Both the position numbers and the translations under genes were made by a program. Shown piece after piece: positions 24,319 to 37,293 of a stretch of DNA of 64,000 nt. Location of the stretch: assembly GCA_001662655.1 (NCBI GenBank), contig KV460216.1; one strand, written 5' to 3'. The notes beneath the pieces were generated by a model. It saw nothing but the letters and a program-made list of their open reading frames with translations. It had not been told where the DNA came from and did no database searches. The stretch is from Pseudogymnoascus verrucosus (lineage: Eukaryota). Position 1 is the first letter of the stretch; every line of letters begins with the position of its first letter.

Positions 24319-26338
24319 CTACAAAACGTACCTAAACCCTGGGTTAAGAACCAACAGTCCTCCAACTCCTTCCAACACAATCTCATCATGAGACACACCC
24401 TTCTCGTCCGAGTTTTCGACAATGCTCTGTTGTGTTTCAATAGCTTCGAGCTTCTTATTTTCGCGCACGAGGCAGAAGCGGAGTAGGAGGGCAATCATGA
24501 TGGATGCGAAAACAAATACGGCTATTTATAATGTAAGTCAAGGTTCGAGTTCGTTCATAAAAGGGGTGATAATGTGGCGTACTGTTTGCAACCATGGCGG
24601 GGAGGTATTGAGGCCCGCTGGTCTTTTTGTATAGATACGGCGAGTAGATCTGGGCAAAGTTTCCAACCATCTGTTTATCTCCACATTAGAATATTATCAA
24701 TAGAGAGGGGTTTATCAACACAGATAATGCCAGGGCTAGGATAACTTACGTTCACAAAAGCCAAAGCCGCAGCTCTCTTCTCCATCGGTCGAGGCAGCTA
24801 TAATCTCCAGTCAGACATCTCCTCAATAAAAAACAGCGAGATAAAATTACCGTAGAAGACACCCACGCAAGTCCAACATTAAAACCACCATACACACCAC
24901 CAAGCATGAGAAATAGCGAGAAATACCGCGGAGCCAGACCCGTGGTGGCCGCAGCGATGATAAACCCAATCATGCCAAACGTCAACGGCACAACCAGATG
25001 TCCACAGCGCTCGAGCCTCCTATCACTGCTCATGGAAATACTCATTGCGCAGATTGCTGCAAAGACGTATGGCGGGGCTGTGAGAAGGAGGGAGTCGACT
25101 TTGTTGTACTTGAATGTAGCGACTAGGGTGGGGATGAACGAGGTGACAGCTGCCGCGCTTGTTTTTGTGATGACAATCATCCTGTAATCATGTTAGGGAG
25201 TACTCAGTTGTGGGGATCAGAGATTCCATACGCAAGAAGCCAGACTTTATAATCAGTCACAGCCATCCAAACGCCCTTTACCAATGATCCTCGCTCTTCG
25301 TCCTGGGCTCCGCTCCCCTCTCTGAGTCTATATGCGGCGAGGCTTCTTTCTTCTGGGGTGAGCCACTTTGTAGTTGATGGGAAATCTGGGAGGACAAATC
25401 TGTGGATATCAGTAAAGGCTAAAACAAAGGGGGATAGGTCGGATACATACATGCAACCAAGAGCGAAAGCAACAGTCACAGTTCCCTCAATGATAAATAG
25501 CCATCTACATTATTAGTTCGGCTTTTCAGCGTCAGGAAACACGACTTACCTCCAAGACTCCAACCCACGCTTCCCATGAAGACCATACTCAACACCCGCG
25601 CCAACGAGGCCACCGAATCCACTCGAGAGAAGACTGCCGGTGTATAGCACTGCAGTCCTAGTAGCCAGTTCTTTGCGCGTGTACCAACTTGATAGAAGGA
25701 AGAGAGCTCCCGGGAAGTAAGGCCTGGGGTTGTCAGTGATTGCTCTCAGCGCAAGATTAGAACGTAGATACGTACGCTTCCATGAATCCGAGGAAGAATC
25801 GCGCAACGACAAGGCCGTTGAAGTTATGTACAAGAGCGGTACAGGCAGATACAACGCCCCAGATTGCCATGCAAACAGGCTGCAGCTTGTTAGAACATGT
25901 ATTTAACTGGAGATCTGTTGGTTGTTGTGCTTACTAGATAGATACTCGGCCGAACTCTCGTCAGCAGCATATTGGACGGGATCTGGAGAGCAATATAACC
26001 CGCAAAAAGCACAGAAATAGCAGTATTATACTGGTCTCCAACAAGACCGAGGTCGTCTTCAATTCCTTGAATCCTTGCATTAGGTAGGGCATTGCGGTCG
26101 AGATAACTAGTAAGTGTGAATATCAACCCTTTTTACGCGATAGTCTGTGAAAGGGCACTGACTTGAGAACAATCATCCCCAGAAGACATGGCATAAGGCG
26201 ATAATCGATCTTACGCAACAGAGCTTTCTCTCTACGCGCAAATTCAACAGGATCAAGACTTTCAAAATGTTCGTGGACTGCATCGGGCCTTTCCATCGTG
26301 GCACTGGTTGTCTTTTCCATTCCCTCGGTTGGAGTCAT
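24319..26338 (-). CDS. MFS transporter, allantoate/nicotinate permease (Dal5/Tna1-like) family, many introns
   Basis: LLRKIDYRLMP, YLDRNAL, QIPSNMLL, YFPGALFLLSSWYTRKEL, GLESWRWLFIIEG, LPDFPSTTKWLT, LLTAPPY, C-terminal GFRYVL*. Confidence 0.92.
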
Positions 26339-27438
26339 GGTCGCGTCAAGAGAGCTTTTGATTTCGAGCTCAATGCTGTGAAGGGAGACGAGAACCACCA
26401 AAATCTGAGATGGGGTTACACGATCACGTCCTCATCCCCATATATATATCTACCCATGAGAAGGATCTTTACTAACCACATCTGCTCTCCATCACTTCGG
26501 GCATCTTTTCCCGCACCTCCAACATCACCTCCACCGCGATCTCCACTGACCCCAGCTCGAGCATCCTCCACTGCATACATCCCCCATCACCAACCCCCCA
26601 TCCACCACACTAATCAACACCCGCGCAAGCTTTTCCGCCACATAAAAACCACGGCAACACGGCTCTACTAACGTTCAAGGTTATTACCTTAGTTCGTAGT
26701 TCGGGATTTCCAGGACGCGTCCCACTGCGCGCGCCGCGCTAAGAATACCCCGCCAATGGAGGTTCGGACAACTTCCGAGTTAACATAAGCTGTGGGGATT
26801 TTTTGACAACTGTTGGTGGTATGTTATTCAGAGCTGCTGAGAGCTCCTGGGGTAATTATTGTGGAGATGGGGGATGGGGGATGGGGTTGCTTGGGGAAAG
26901 CTTCTCTCCGCAACCCCACAAAGTAAGTGGTGGCGTCTATATCTAGCGAATTTGAGTCGGAGGTTGTCCGAACCTCAACTGGATTAAGATGCGAAGCAGG
27001 CAAAAAAAAACTGTGAAGGGGCTAAAAGCAAAGTATTGTGAAATGTGTTGTCTTGTTTGCTGTCTGTCCTTGATTTGATCCATGGTCGTCTGAATCGCGA
27101 ATACAAATATTTTCTGCATTTCACTGTCAGTTGCTCCCACTCCCCAACTTTGAATGACGAGAGCTTCATTATCACCATCTATCTCAGCTAACTCCATCAA
27201 GTTGCGTGAATCCATTACTTCTATCCATGATACCGATACTCCTTTCGCCATCCCACAACGCAGTCGACGCAAAAAGAATTGCAAGCCCCCAAAAGCATAA
27301 CAGCAACCGGTAACACCACAACTTCCCCAATACTCCAGACCATAGCCTCACTCTAGGCATTAACCGCGATCGGGCCACCATTACCTGCAAATACAGCTCC
27401 CCAAATCATCCTTCTCTCATCAGCGCCGTCCCAATCTG

Positions 27439-29206
27439 TCACACCGCTTCTGCTTCTGCCCTTGCAATCGTAAGTGTAACACCCATCTCTCTCTCTATCC
27501 CCGCCCACATCAGCACGGGCGCCTGCGACAACGAAAATGTTCGCACAAACCCTTGCTCCCCAGGCCGCGGCTGGTCCATAGTATTTATCACATTGGAATA
27601 CCACGTCACTATGGCGGTTGTGTACCTCGTGCCTATGCCGTACACCTTGTTCGCCTGCATCAGCAGTTCGTTCAAGAGCCCAATGAAGAAATACCGAAAT
27701 CTCCGCATATCAGGTATACCAAATTGAGGGGCGCCTGGTGTGATTATAAATTGTTCCAAGTACAGGAGGCATACGTGCAGGGAGTCCACCCACTCGGGGC
27801 CAGAGCGATTTGTCGTTGAGAGGCAGCCTTTGAGGGCGTGCATAGCGGCTTGGAGGTGGTTGTTGGACAGTCTCGCGAGGCAGAACCTTATGGTACCTAT
27901 GGGCTTGAGGGTATCCGGCCAAGGTCGGGTGGTGAAGATGGCTCTGGTGTGGGCATCGAGGGCCGCCTCTAGTTGTTCGGCGGTGTATGTAAAAACTTGG
28001 TTCCCCAAATTAATAAGTTTCATTTCCGTGTCAGCGAAGTCATTGAGAGAGAAGCCCTCATTTGTTGTCAGAGCGGAGATTATCATATGCTCTACTTCGC
28101 ATCTGATACCTGTATGACATAAGCTAACTGTTTATTAGAAATAATTTGAAACCTTTGACTTACAACTGCAGGTGAAGGAGGCCCTGATCGATAACTCCTG
28201 CCTGCGCACCAACACGCCTGCCTTGAGGTCTGTGTACGTTTGCGTTATTTCGTCGCCAGCACGGATCGGCTTCAGTGACCGCAATCGAAGCTGGCCACAT
28301 TCGAAGACCATAACCGTGTTTGGATCACATGAGTGGTTGATCAAGGACCCTACGAGATCGAGCATTCCTCCGTAACTCTCTTCGCCAGGGGGCTTTATGA
28401 GCATACCATTCGAGAGAACCTCAAAAACGTGAGTCCTCCCAGCCTAATGTCCGAAAATGCAATGAAGGCCTTACCTTACAATAAAGATCCTGTATTTTCT
28501 CATCCCCAAGCTCCGACTGTATCAAGGTCTCTACATTCGTGACAGTGGTAACAATTATGTCGCTGCTAACGCCATAGGGATTCTGTCCCCGGTGACCCCA
28601 GAGGTGACGGAGAGCATCCGCCTCATGGTCCGAGATAGCTCCCAGTTTATGCATCGCGAGCATTCGATACAGCATGCGAGTCAAGAATCCCGCAGTTGGA
28701 AACTGAGCTAAAGCATCACACTCGAATTTGTGGTACTCTTCAAAGGACTTCGTGAAGCAGTTCTGACAGAGGTTAGTTAGTATTTGCGTAGTCGACATGG
28801 CGAAATTCAAGATAACAGCCAGGATCCTCACCACAGAGCAATACCCACATACTCCGCATACTATGCACATAGTGATCTCGGGTATCGCTATCGCATCGAA
28901 TGTAGGTTTCATACTATCAATGCCATTAAAATTGGGGGCCATGCTGGCAAAGCAGTAATCGCAAGTAATATGTTGTCGGCCGTCCGCGACACAGGTGACT
29001 AATGGCGTCGACCGGAAGATCTCCGATCCTTCGGGAATCGCTTCCTTTGCAAAGAGACCACTGCCATTGTCATGGATCTTTGACGGTAAGATTTCGAGAA
29101 TGTGTGAGGCGTTGACATTTTGTAAGAGCTGAAGACAGAGTTCTTGGCGGTCGTGCATGGCAGCAGTTTCCGGGAGATTGGCTGGGGGGAGTGCTTGGCT
29201 CGCCAT
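27439..29206 (-). CDS. SET and MYND domain (SMYD-like) protein, multi-exon
   Basis: GSGLFAKEAI..GSEI, CDYC..CIVC..YCS..C..HKFEC (MYND), SLINHSCDPN, LRSLKPIRAGDEITQTY, FTCSC. Confidence 0.85.
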
Positions 29207-29341
29207 TTCAGCTCATGTAACGTATGCTAATCCGTGAGCAATACTCTGTAATAAGAATGGACGGTGCTCAAAATAGTGATACGTTGTGTTGGTAGAATGA
29301 TTTGAGCGTTCTGGAGATTTGAGAGAAGCCATGTTGAGTGT

Positions 29342-29620
29342 AGTTTGTTGGTTGCGTGCGGCAGGTGAGAACCGCTTGGTCGTTCCTTCCCAGTGAACAC
29401 AATTCTTATAACCCAGCAACGCAGCAATAAAATGGAATAAATAAAGTATAGTATATATGTCACTTAGCCTATTGAATTTCAATACCTCCATTTTAAATCG
29501 CTAAATTATGTAAAGTTGCAGTTTGTTGGTTGCGCGGCAGCTGCGAACCCCTTGGACGTTCCTTCTCCCAGCGAACATGAATCTTTATAACCCAGCAACG
29601 CAGCTATGAAAGTGAACAAC
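29342..29620. repeat. Diverged ~100-bp direct repeat, 2 copies (29342, 29520)
   Basis: AGTTTGTTGGTTGCG..GGCAG..CTTGG.CGTTCCTTC..TTATAACCCAGCAACGCAGC occurs twice, 178 bp apart. Confidence 0.9.
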
Positions 29621-29888
29621 GTGGTAATTGGCTAATTATTACTTAGGATGGAACTAGATTTCACTGGCAGGCTGTACTACCACCTCTCTGAACTCCACCC
29701 TTGACTTCGATTCCACAACGCCCAGGCGGAAACTAATATGGCTCCCGCTGGCTGCAGGGTCGACTATGCATGGAGAGCAGCCAATGGGGTAAATGTGAAG
29801 CTGTGCGAGGAGGAAGGGAAACGGTTTTGTCTCAGGCATAGGCAGGTATGCATCGAGTTACCAAGTCCGCGGCAGGGTATGCAGTCGA

Positions 29889-29960
29889 TAACCTCAGTAA
29901 CCTCAATAGCCTCAGTAACATTAATATCCTCAATAACCTCAAGAACCTCAAGAACCTCTG
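29889..29960. repeat. 9-bp minisatellite (TAACCTCAR), ~8 degenerate copies
   Basis: taacctcag taacctcaa tagcctcag taacattaa tatcctcaa taacctcaa gaacctcaa gaacctctg. Confidence 0.85.
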
Positions 29961-31087
29961 GGAACAACTCGGTTCTTCTACATTATACCACCCTGAAGTC
30001 TCCCGGTTTAACTTATTGTATGTATAAGTAACATCCATCCAGCATCCAGCATCCAGCTTTTCCGACTTGGCCTGTATTCACATGAAACCCAGAATCCAGA
30101 GCGAGTAACCCCTCATATCCCTCATATCACAGTCAGACACAACACCAATATGCCTCACACCACCCTCAAACACAACACCAATCCCTTCAACCCCCCTTAC
30201 CTTCCCCACCAAACCACGGCCAACGGCGGGCAAAATCGTCAGTGACATATCGAGGCCTTCTCATACGCGGAGAAGGCGGAGAAGGCGGAGGTGCATCGAA
30301 ATGGCGGGATCGGGCAGGGAGGGGAAGCAGGTAGATTTATTGGCTACCCGGGGGATGTGTGGTGGAAGCCACCCGCTGTGGTGTGAATGCGTGGGATGTT
30401 GTGGAATGAGCTCATGTGTGCATACAGTATGGTGGGGTATATGGGATGTAGTTTCCCTGGAGTCAATAATAGAATATTATTGTCTATTAATCCTTTGAAT
30501 AAATCCAGAAGCTACAATCCAGAAGCTACAACAACTATATCTCTACGTAAAAAATAATTAATAATCGAAAATCGAAAATCAACAATTATCCCATTGTTGA
30601 GTTAACAAGTACCCCCGCCAACCCCCCACCACCACCAAAAAACCCACGATCACGTCACCCTGCTTACTAATCAACCCCTCCATACCATTTTATACTTTTC
30701 CCCTACCCAAACACCAAGTACCACTTCCACAGCCTCGCGCTACGGCCAACCGAGACGAGGCTACCACAATATCCAGCTTCAATAACCAATCACATCGAGT
30801 CTTGGCGTGGATTGCGTGCTTGAGGGGTGTGGTGTGTGGAGGGGGTGGATGGAGGGGTTCATTGCGTTTCTTACCTGGTGCGGGTACAGATTACTCTTCC
30901 GCCCACTACTCCCTCCACTAATCACCTATAAGACCACTCTGTCCCTGCTTGTTTTCTTCTCTTTCTGCTCTCTTTCTCCCTCCTCTTCAATCTTCAATCT
31001 TCAATCTTCATACTTCTATTACTCACGTAGTAGCTTCGCCATATTCTCATCTCTACAACATCTCCAAATAACGTCACAAACGTCATC

Positions 31088-32018
31088 ATGTCTGCTTCCG
31101 AAGAGAGAGCTGCTCCGTAAGTCGGAAGAAACACCCAACACCACCTGATCACAATAATTCCCTCAAAACCCTGAATGGTCCTCGAATCAAGCTCGATCAA
31201 CCTTCAAAACCCCCCCTCCCCATCTCAGTCTCCTCACAAACTCACTCCACCTCCTTCAGACCGAACCACCCAGCTAACCTCCCCCCCACAGCCTCCGCCT
31301 GGGTTCCATCGCCCCCAACTTCAAGGCCGAGACCACCGGCGGCGACATCGACTTCCACGAGTTCATCGGCGACAAGTGGGTGATCTTCTTCTCTCACCCC
31401 GAGGACTACACCCCCGTGTGCACCACCGAGCTCGGCGCCTTCGCCAAGCTCGAGCCCGAGTTCACCAAGCGCGGCGCGAAGCTCATCGGCCTCTCCGCCA
31501 ACACCATCGAGTCCCACGGCGGCTGGATCAAGGATATCGATGAGATCTCCGGGTCCAAGCTGACTTTCCCTATCATTGGCGATAAGCAGCGCCAGATTGC
31601 TTTCGCGTATGATATGCTCGATCACCAGGATGCTACCAATGTCGATTCTAAGGGCATTGCTTTCACGATCCGCTCGGTCTTCATCATTGACCCCAAGAAG
31701 ACTATCCGTACTATCCTTTCTTACCCCGCCTCTACCGGCCGCAACACCGCTGAGGTCCTCCGTATCCTTGACTCCCTCCAGACGTAAGTTTTTTCATTCT
31801 TCCTTTCCCTTGCCAGGCTCAAAAACCTAACACCCCCCCGCAGCGGTGACAAGAACCGCATCACCACCCCCATCAACTGGATCCCCGGAGACGACGTCAT
31901 CGTCCACCCCTCCGTCACCAACGACGAGGCCAAGACCCTCTTCCCCCAGTTCCGCATCGTGAAGCCATACCTGCGCTTCACCCCTCTCCCAAAGGAGAAG
32001 ACCTCTGCCAACATCTAA
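31088..32018 (+). CDS. PRX1: 1-Cys peroxiredoxin (introns 31117-31291, 31784-31843)
   Basis: LRLGSIAPNF, FSHPEDYTPVCTTELG (peroxidatic Cys), SYPASTGRN, TTPINWIPGD, KPYLRFT. Confidence 0.96.
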
Positions 32019-32270
32019 GTTAAAAAAGGTGTGGATGTGGTAGGAGATGATGGGACGGGATGGATGGATGGAGTTAAATTTGTTTGTTTTAGCGGAGAGG
32101 GGAGGATAGGGGTGTGGTAGTCGAATGAGATGAGATACCCCATGCATGTGTGGATTGTGTTTGTGTGTGATTGCTGTGCTGTGATGATATGTGCTGGTGT
32201 TGTGAGATGATGAGGGGGTGTTCATTCATCGATTGACCCTGATCAACCCGTGGGGGTTTTGAATATAACC

Positions 32271-32615
32271 GGCAGCTGCGACTGGTGCTTGCTTGGTGAC
32301 CGTTCCTTCCATGCCTACCAGGATTTGAAGGTTTTAAGGAAGCTGCGATCGAGGCTTGCTTGATAATCATTCCTTCCATATCTAGAACTTATAACGTTCT
32401 AAGTTAGTTGCGACTGAGGCTTGCTTTCTAATCGTTCCTTCAATATCTATAACTTATAACCTCTTGAGGAAGCTGCGATTGAGGCTGCTTTATGATCATT
32501 CCTTCATATTCAGAAGTTCAACAACGTTCCGAGGAAGTTGCGATGGAAGGCTTGCTTGGTAATCGTTCTTTCCAATATAAGCTTTAGAAAGCTTTGAAGA
32601 AGCTGCGATCGAGGT
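32271..32615. repeat. Degenerate tandem array, ~65-bp unit, about 5.3 units
   Basis: AG(C/T)TGCGA anchors at 32274, 32341, 32406, 32471, 32536 and 32601; the first five are followed by GCTTGCTT..(A)TC(G/A)TTCCTTC. Confidence 0.9.
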
Positions 32616-33843
32616 TGTTTACTTCCCCCCTTCCGCAGTCAATGTAGTCAAATCCTCTCGACTCATCAAGCTCTAAACAGCTTCCCCTCGAGCTCACTTA
32701 CTACATATAGGGCCCCCAATCCAATGGTATATAAATATACGTTCCACTGATATTCAATAGAACTCATTGTAGCCACCCATTGCGTGTTCCCATCTGCCGA
32801 GCACAGCTTTTAATGTGTGATAGAAGTAAAATGCGGGAGCATCAATTATGATACACGAACGAAACAATTAATTTAATTTTACTGCTTGCTTTTAATATAT
32901 TTGCACGATTTTAAGTTAACACCATGTTTCATTTAGACTTCGTCTTTATACCGAGATTAATGCACGTTAATATTTAGTGTGCATATATTCAAACAAACAA
33001 TTAATAAACTTTCCTGCAAACGCCAATTTAAAAGGTGTCTAAAACGTGTATCCCCAGGGTCCATCAAACACATACCCCAGCCCCTTTACAAAACCCCAAA
33101 TCCCAAACAACCAGAACAACCAAACCCTCAAAATCCCACCCCCCCAACATTTCAGCCACCAAAACACCTCCGCCCCCAATCTTTCATCCGATCTCTCTAC
33201 TGCATATACTACTGTAACCCCCCCCTAAAATCACGTGTCACCCCAGCCATGCGGCCCTCCATTTCATCCCATCATCATCTCGCCTCCAGCGCCTCAGCGC
33301 TTGGACCACCCACGCTACAGCACTACGCAACCACGCAACCACGCACTTCCCACGCTACGGGGTCAAAGCGCGCGGTCCCCGCGTTTAGGCTGTGAGTGGA
33401 GTAGAGTAGAGTGAAGGAGTCTAGTTTGTTCGCACAACGAACGGGACGACGACAGACAGGACAGGACGACGGCTTAGGCTTTGAGTGTGCGACAGCTTGA
33501 CGATCAGGACGACTTTATACGACTTTTTTTTGAGGGTACGAGAGAGAGAATTTGAGGGCTAGGAAGCCATTGGAAAGACAGAGTTTTTTGGGGCCAAGAT
33601 TCGTTGGGTTTGGAGATTGGGTTAGGAAACGACGGTGTCAGATACAAGGTGTCAACCACGACCACAAGAACAGAAGAGCATAGCTGAACGAACTACACGA
33701 ATACAACAGCAACAGCAACTCCGCCGGTGATCGAGCAGCACACAAATCCATCCATCCACCCAAACCACGCACCCACCAACCCACACCGATTCGATCGAAA
33801 CCCACCCACCACACCGCGGCTTCGCCGCAACCACACACATCAG

Positions 33844-36270
33844 ATGTCACGCCCCATCCTCCACCGCGCCAGCACCATGGACAGCGCGACCGCCAGCGGC
33901 AGCAGCGGGGACGCCTACACGCGGCGTCGCGAGGGCGAGTCTCCCTATCTCGGGACCGCGAATGGGCACCCTTCCTCCAGCCTGCCATCGCGGGGGTTCG
34001 AGGACGACGGGAGAGGAGGAGGAGGAGATGATGCAGGAGGGGGGCATTCGAGCTCCACGCCTCGCAGCGCGGGGTCGGCTGCTAGTCCTGCGCAGCCTGG
34101 GAGTGGGGGCCCGAGTGGTGGAGGGGGAGGCGGGGGAACGCATTTGTCGGGGTTGATGTGTAATGTGCATCGTACTACGGGGAGGGAGCCTCATGCGCTT
34201 GTTGGGGCGACGACGACGATATTGGGGGATAAATTGTATGTCTTTGGCGGGAAGATACTTTCGCGTACGCGCGCGGCGTTGACGGCGGATTTGTATGAGT
34301 TGGATCTCATCAGGCGGCATTGGACGAAGCTTGAGCCTTCGGGGGCGGCGGTGCCGCCGAGGTACTTTCATAGTATGTGTTCGGTCGGCGATACGAAGTT
34401 GGTGTGTTATGGTGGCATGTCGCCTGCTACTGGTGCGAATGGACAGCCCCTGCCACCGGCGCCGCCGCAGAATGGACAGGAGGCGCAGCCGGAGGTGGTG
34501 GTCATGTCTGATATTCATATCTATGATGCGCCGACTAATACGTGGACGTATGTCCCGACGTCTGATACGCCGCAGGGGCGGTACGCGCATTGTGCTACGA
34601 TCTTGCCTTCAGCGGCGTCCTTTGCGAATGCGTCTTCTGCACCCTTGTCAGCTCTTCAGCATAACCCCGCTGGGGAGAACCCTAATCAGGGCGTGCTAGG
34701 TGTGCATATCGATGGCACAGGCGGAGCTGAGATGGTCGTTGTCGGCGGCCAAGACAGCGCAAACCACTACATCGAGCAAATCAGCGTCTTCAACCTCCGC
34801 TCCCTCTCCTGGACACGCACCCAACTCCTCGGAAAAAGCTGCGGCGCCTACCGCAGCGTCGTCGCCCCCGTCTCCGCCACCGTAGCCTCACGCATCGGAA
34901 AGGGAAACTCCAAACCCGACACCACGCCCGGCCCAGACCGCGACACAGCATCCTCGATGCTCATCTACAGTAACTACAACTTCCTCGACGTGAAACTGGA
35001 GCTCCAACTCCGCGGCTCCGACGGCTCTCTGGTCGAGAAACCCATGTCCGGCGCCTTTACCCCTCCTGGCCTGCGCTTCCCCAACGGCGCGGTAATCGCT
35101 AATACCTTCGTGGTAAGCGGGACGTACCTCACCTCCTCCAAACAGGAATACGCGCTCTGGGCCCTCGATCTACCATCCCTAACATGGTCCCGCATCGACG
35201 CCGGCGGCAACGTCTTCTCCACCGGCTCCTGGAACCGCGGCGTCCTCTGGTCGCGACGCTCTGCGTTCGTGGTGCTGGGTTCGAGGAAAAGGGCGCTGGT
35301 GGATGATTATAACCACCGTCGTCTCAATTTTAGCGATGTTTGCGTGGTGGAGTTAGAGGCGTTCGGGTTGTATGAGAATCCCCGCCGTGCGTCCCCGTCG
35401 AGCTCTTATGTCTCTGCTTCTGCTGCGCTACCTGCATCTCGCCCTGGACCGTGGCAGCCAGGCGGACGCACTTTGAGCGCTGCGGCGGAAGAACTCGGCG
35501 CGCTGGCAATGGCTGCCACAGAGGTGGCGGATATGGATATCCTCGCCGTAGGGGGTGAGCGCGTCCCCGTCAACTCGCGCCTCCTCGCTCGGCGATGGGG
35601 TGCGTACATCGAGACGCTCGAGCGCGAAGGCACAGCCGTGCAAGAAGGTGTTGATGTCGCCACGCTCCGCGGCGGGGAATCAGGTCGTCGTATCAGCGGT
35701 TCCACCATCACGGGGTCCGGCGGGGGAGGAAGGCCAAGGACGCTGTATATGCCTCATACTGTCCTGACTATCCAGGCGCTCGTTGCGTATCTCTACTCTG
35801 GTAGTCTGCCGAGGGGGTGTACACCGCAGGTTTTATGTAGTTTGTTGCAAGTCGCTAGACCGTATCGCGTGGAGGGACTGCTGGAGGCGGTGGTGGAGGG
35901 GTTGCATGGGGTGTTGGATTCGAGGAATGCGGCGGCGGTGTTTAATGCTGCTGCTATGGGGGCTGGTGGCGGGAGAGGTGTGGGAGAAGGGGGAGCGTGG
36001 GAGGAGGAGAGGGGTGGTGGTGGGGGTGGGGGAGGGGGAGGGAGGGATGATAGGGGCTGGGATGGCGGGGATGGGGGGAGCGAGGGGGGGAGTGGGAGTG
36101 AAGGCGGAGGCTGGGATAGGGGGGGGAGGGAGGAGTGGAGGGGCGGGGTGAGCGCGGTTATTGGGTTGCAGAAGAGGGGGTTGAGGGGGTTGATGGAGGG
36201 GAGGAGGTTGAGGGAACGGGGGATGAGTGCGGGGAGGCAGCAGCAGGAGGTGGGGTTGGGGATTAGTTAG
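33844..36270 (+). CDS. ral2: Kelch-repeat/BTB regulatory protein, Ral2/Mds3/Pmd1-like
   Basis: Intronless; LVGATTTILGDKLYVFGG, PRYFHS, LIYSNYNFLDVKLEL, PPGLRFP, LVDDYNHRR, BTB-like ADMDILA..RVPVNSRLLARRWG, AAVFNAAAM. Confidence 0.85.
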   Translation: MSRPILHRASTMDSATASGSSGDAYTRRREGESPYLGTANGHPSSSLPSRGFEDDGRGGGGDDAGGGHSSSTPRSAGSAASPAQPGSGGPSGGGGGGGTHLSGLMCNVHRTTGREPHALVGATTTILGDKLYVFGGKILSRTRAALTADLYELDLIRRHWTKLEPSGAAVPPRYFHSMCSVGDTKLVCYGGMSPATGANGQPLPPAPPQNGQEAQPEVVVMSDIHIYDAPTNTWTYVPTSDTPQGRYAHCATILPSAASFANASSAPLSALQHNPAGENPNQGVLGVHIDGTGGAEMVVVGGQDSANHYIEQISVFNLRSLSWTRTQLLGKSCGAYRSVVAPVSATVASRIGKGNSKPDTTPGPDRDTASSMLIYSNYNFLDVKLELQLRGSDGSLVEKPMSGAFTPPGLRFPNGAVIANTFVVSGTYLTSSKQEYALWALDLPSLTWSRIDAGGNVFSTGSWNRGVLWSRRSAFVVLGSRKRALVDDYNHRRLNFSDVCVVELEAFGLYENPRRASPSSSYVSASAALPASRPGPWQPGGRTLSAAAEELGALAMAATEVADMDILAVGGERVPVNSRLLARRWGAYIETLEREGTAVQEGVDVATLRGGESGRRISGSTITGSGGGGRPRTLYMPHTVLTIQALVAYLYSGSLPRGCTPQVLCSLLQVARPYRVEGLLEAVVEGLHGVLDSRNAAAVFNAAAMGAGGGRGVGEGGAWEEERGGGGGGGGGGRDDRGWDGGDGGSEGGSGSEGGGWDRGGREEWRGGVSAVIGLQKRGLRGLMEGRRLRERGMSAGRQQQEVGLGIS

Positions 36271-36869
36271 TGGGGGTTGGAAGGGGGGGGGTGTATGTTT
36301 GATGGTTAGGATGGGGGGCCGGGGGGTGGGGGGTGGGTAGATAGATTGGTTGGATTGGATTGGATTGGGAAAGTGGCATAGCCAGCGGGAGAATTTTGGT
36401 CTATTTTTTCGTTTCTATGGATTGAAGTTGGGCACACAACAGGTTATTTTTCTTCAATGGCAAATATTGAATCTGTCGATCACTGGAAAGGGGATATGAG
36501 ATAAGTGATAATTAGACATGATTTTGCCCTGAGTGGCGACTAAGAAACGATGATAAGAGCAGAGCAGAGAGTATCCTGATCTAGCAACAACATTACCAAT
36601 GGAAGAGTCGTTGGGTTCACAACGGGACATGAACTACAAATTGCAAACTCGCGAAAAGAAAACAGGAACGGTGAACTTCAAATCGCAAGCTCACCAAAAA
36701 CACGCTTTGATGCATGGCGCATACGCGCCGCACACTGTGGTAGTAGTGGAGACGAGGTGAGAAGAGAGAGCGGTGGCGAGGAGAGGGGCGGTGGTGGTGA
36801 CAGTGGAGTGGTGAGAGGATTAGTACGACAGCGTTCAGATCGTCTGGGACATCACCATCTGGAATTCCC

Positions 36870-37080
36870 ATCGTATGGCATTGGTTCTTGAACTCCGGGA
36901 TCGAAATTCTCGTGTGGATGTCTTTGGCTTCTGCCATATATTCAGCTAAGCTTCGACCTCGTTGATGGAAGTTGTTCAACTCTGCCGCCACTCTGCCGCC
37001 ACTCTTTGCCGCAGAAACGGCCTTTGGCGGACTTCATCCCTTCCATATATAGCCACCAGTAAACTAACCTGTTTGATTTC
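36870..37080 (-). mobile_element. Possible degenerate retrotransposon gag fragment
   Basis: Translation ELNNFHQRGRSLAEYMAEAKDIH resembles the Ty3/gypsy gag motif L..Q..G.S..EY; no LTR or pol seen. Confidence 0.35.
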
Positions 37081-37293
37081 TGATTCTACAGTAGACAAGG
37101 TGGTTATTTGTTACAATAATCCATACGAAGCTACAGCCAGATAAGACGATCAGGGCGTCAATCCATTTTACTGAATCATTTTGCTTGTCGACTCTGCGGT
37201 CATCTGCGGTCAACAAAACAACATCTCAAGCGTCAGATACGAACAAAGTGTTTTTCATTCCCAGTCCTAATCATCAATACACACCATCGGATA

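Noticed and set aside
32271..32615. CRISPR-like array
   Set aside because: Eukaryotic context, degenerate repeats, mutually similar linkers and no cas genes.
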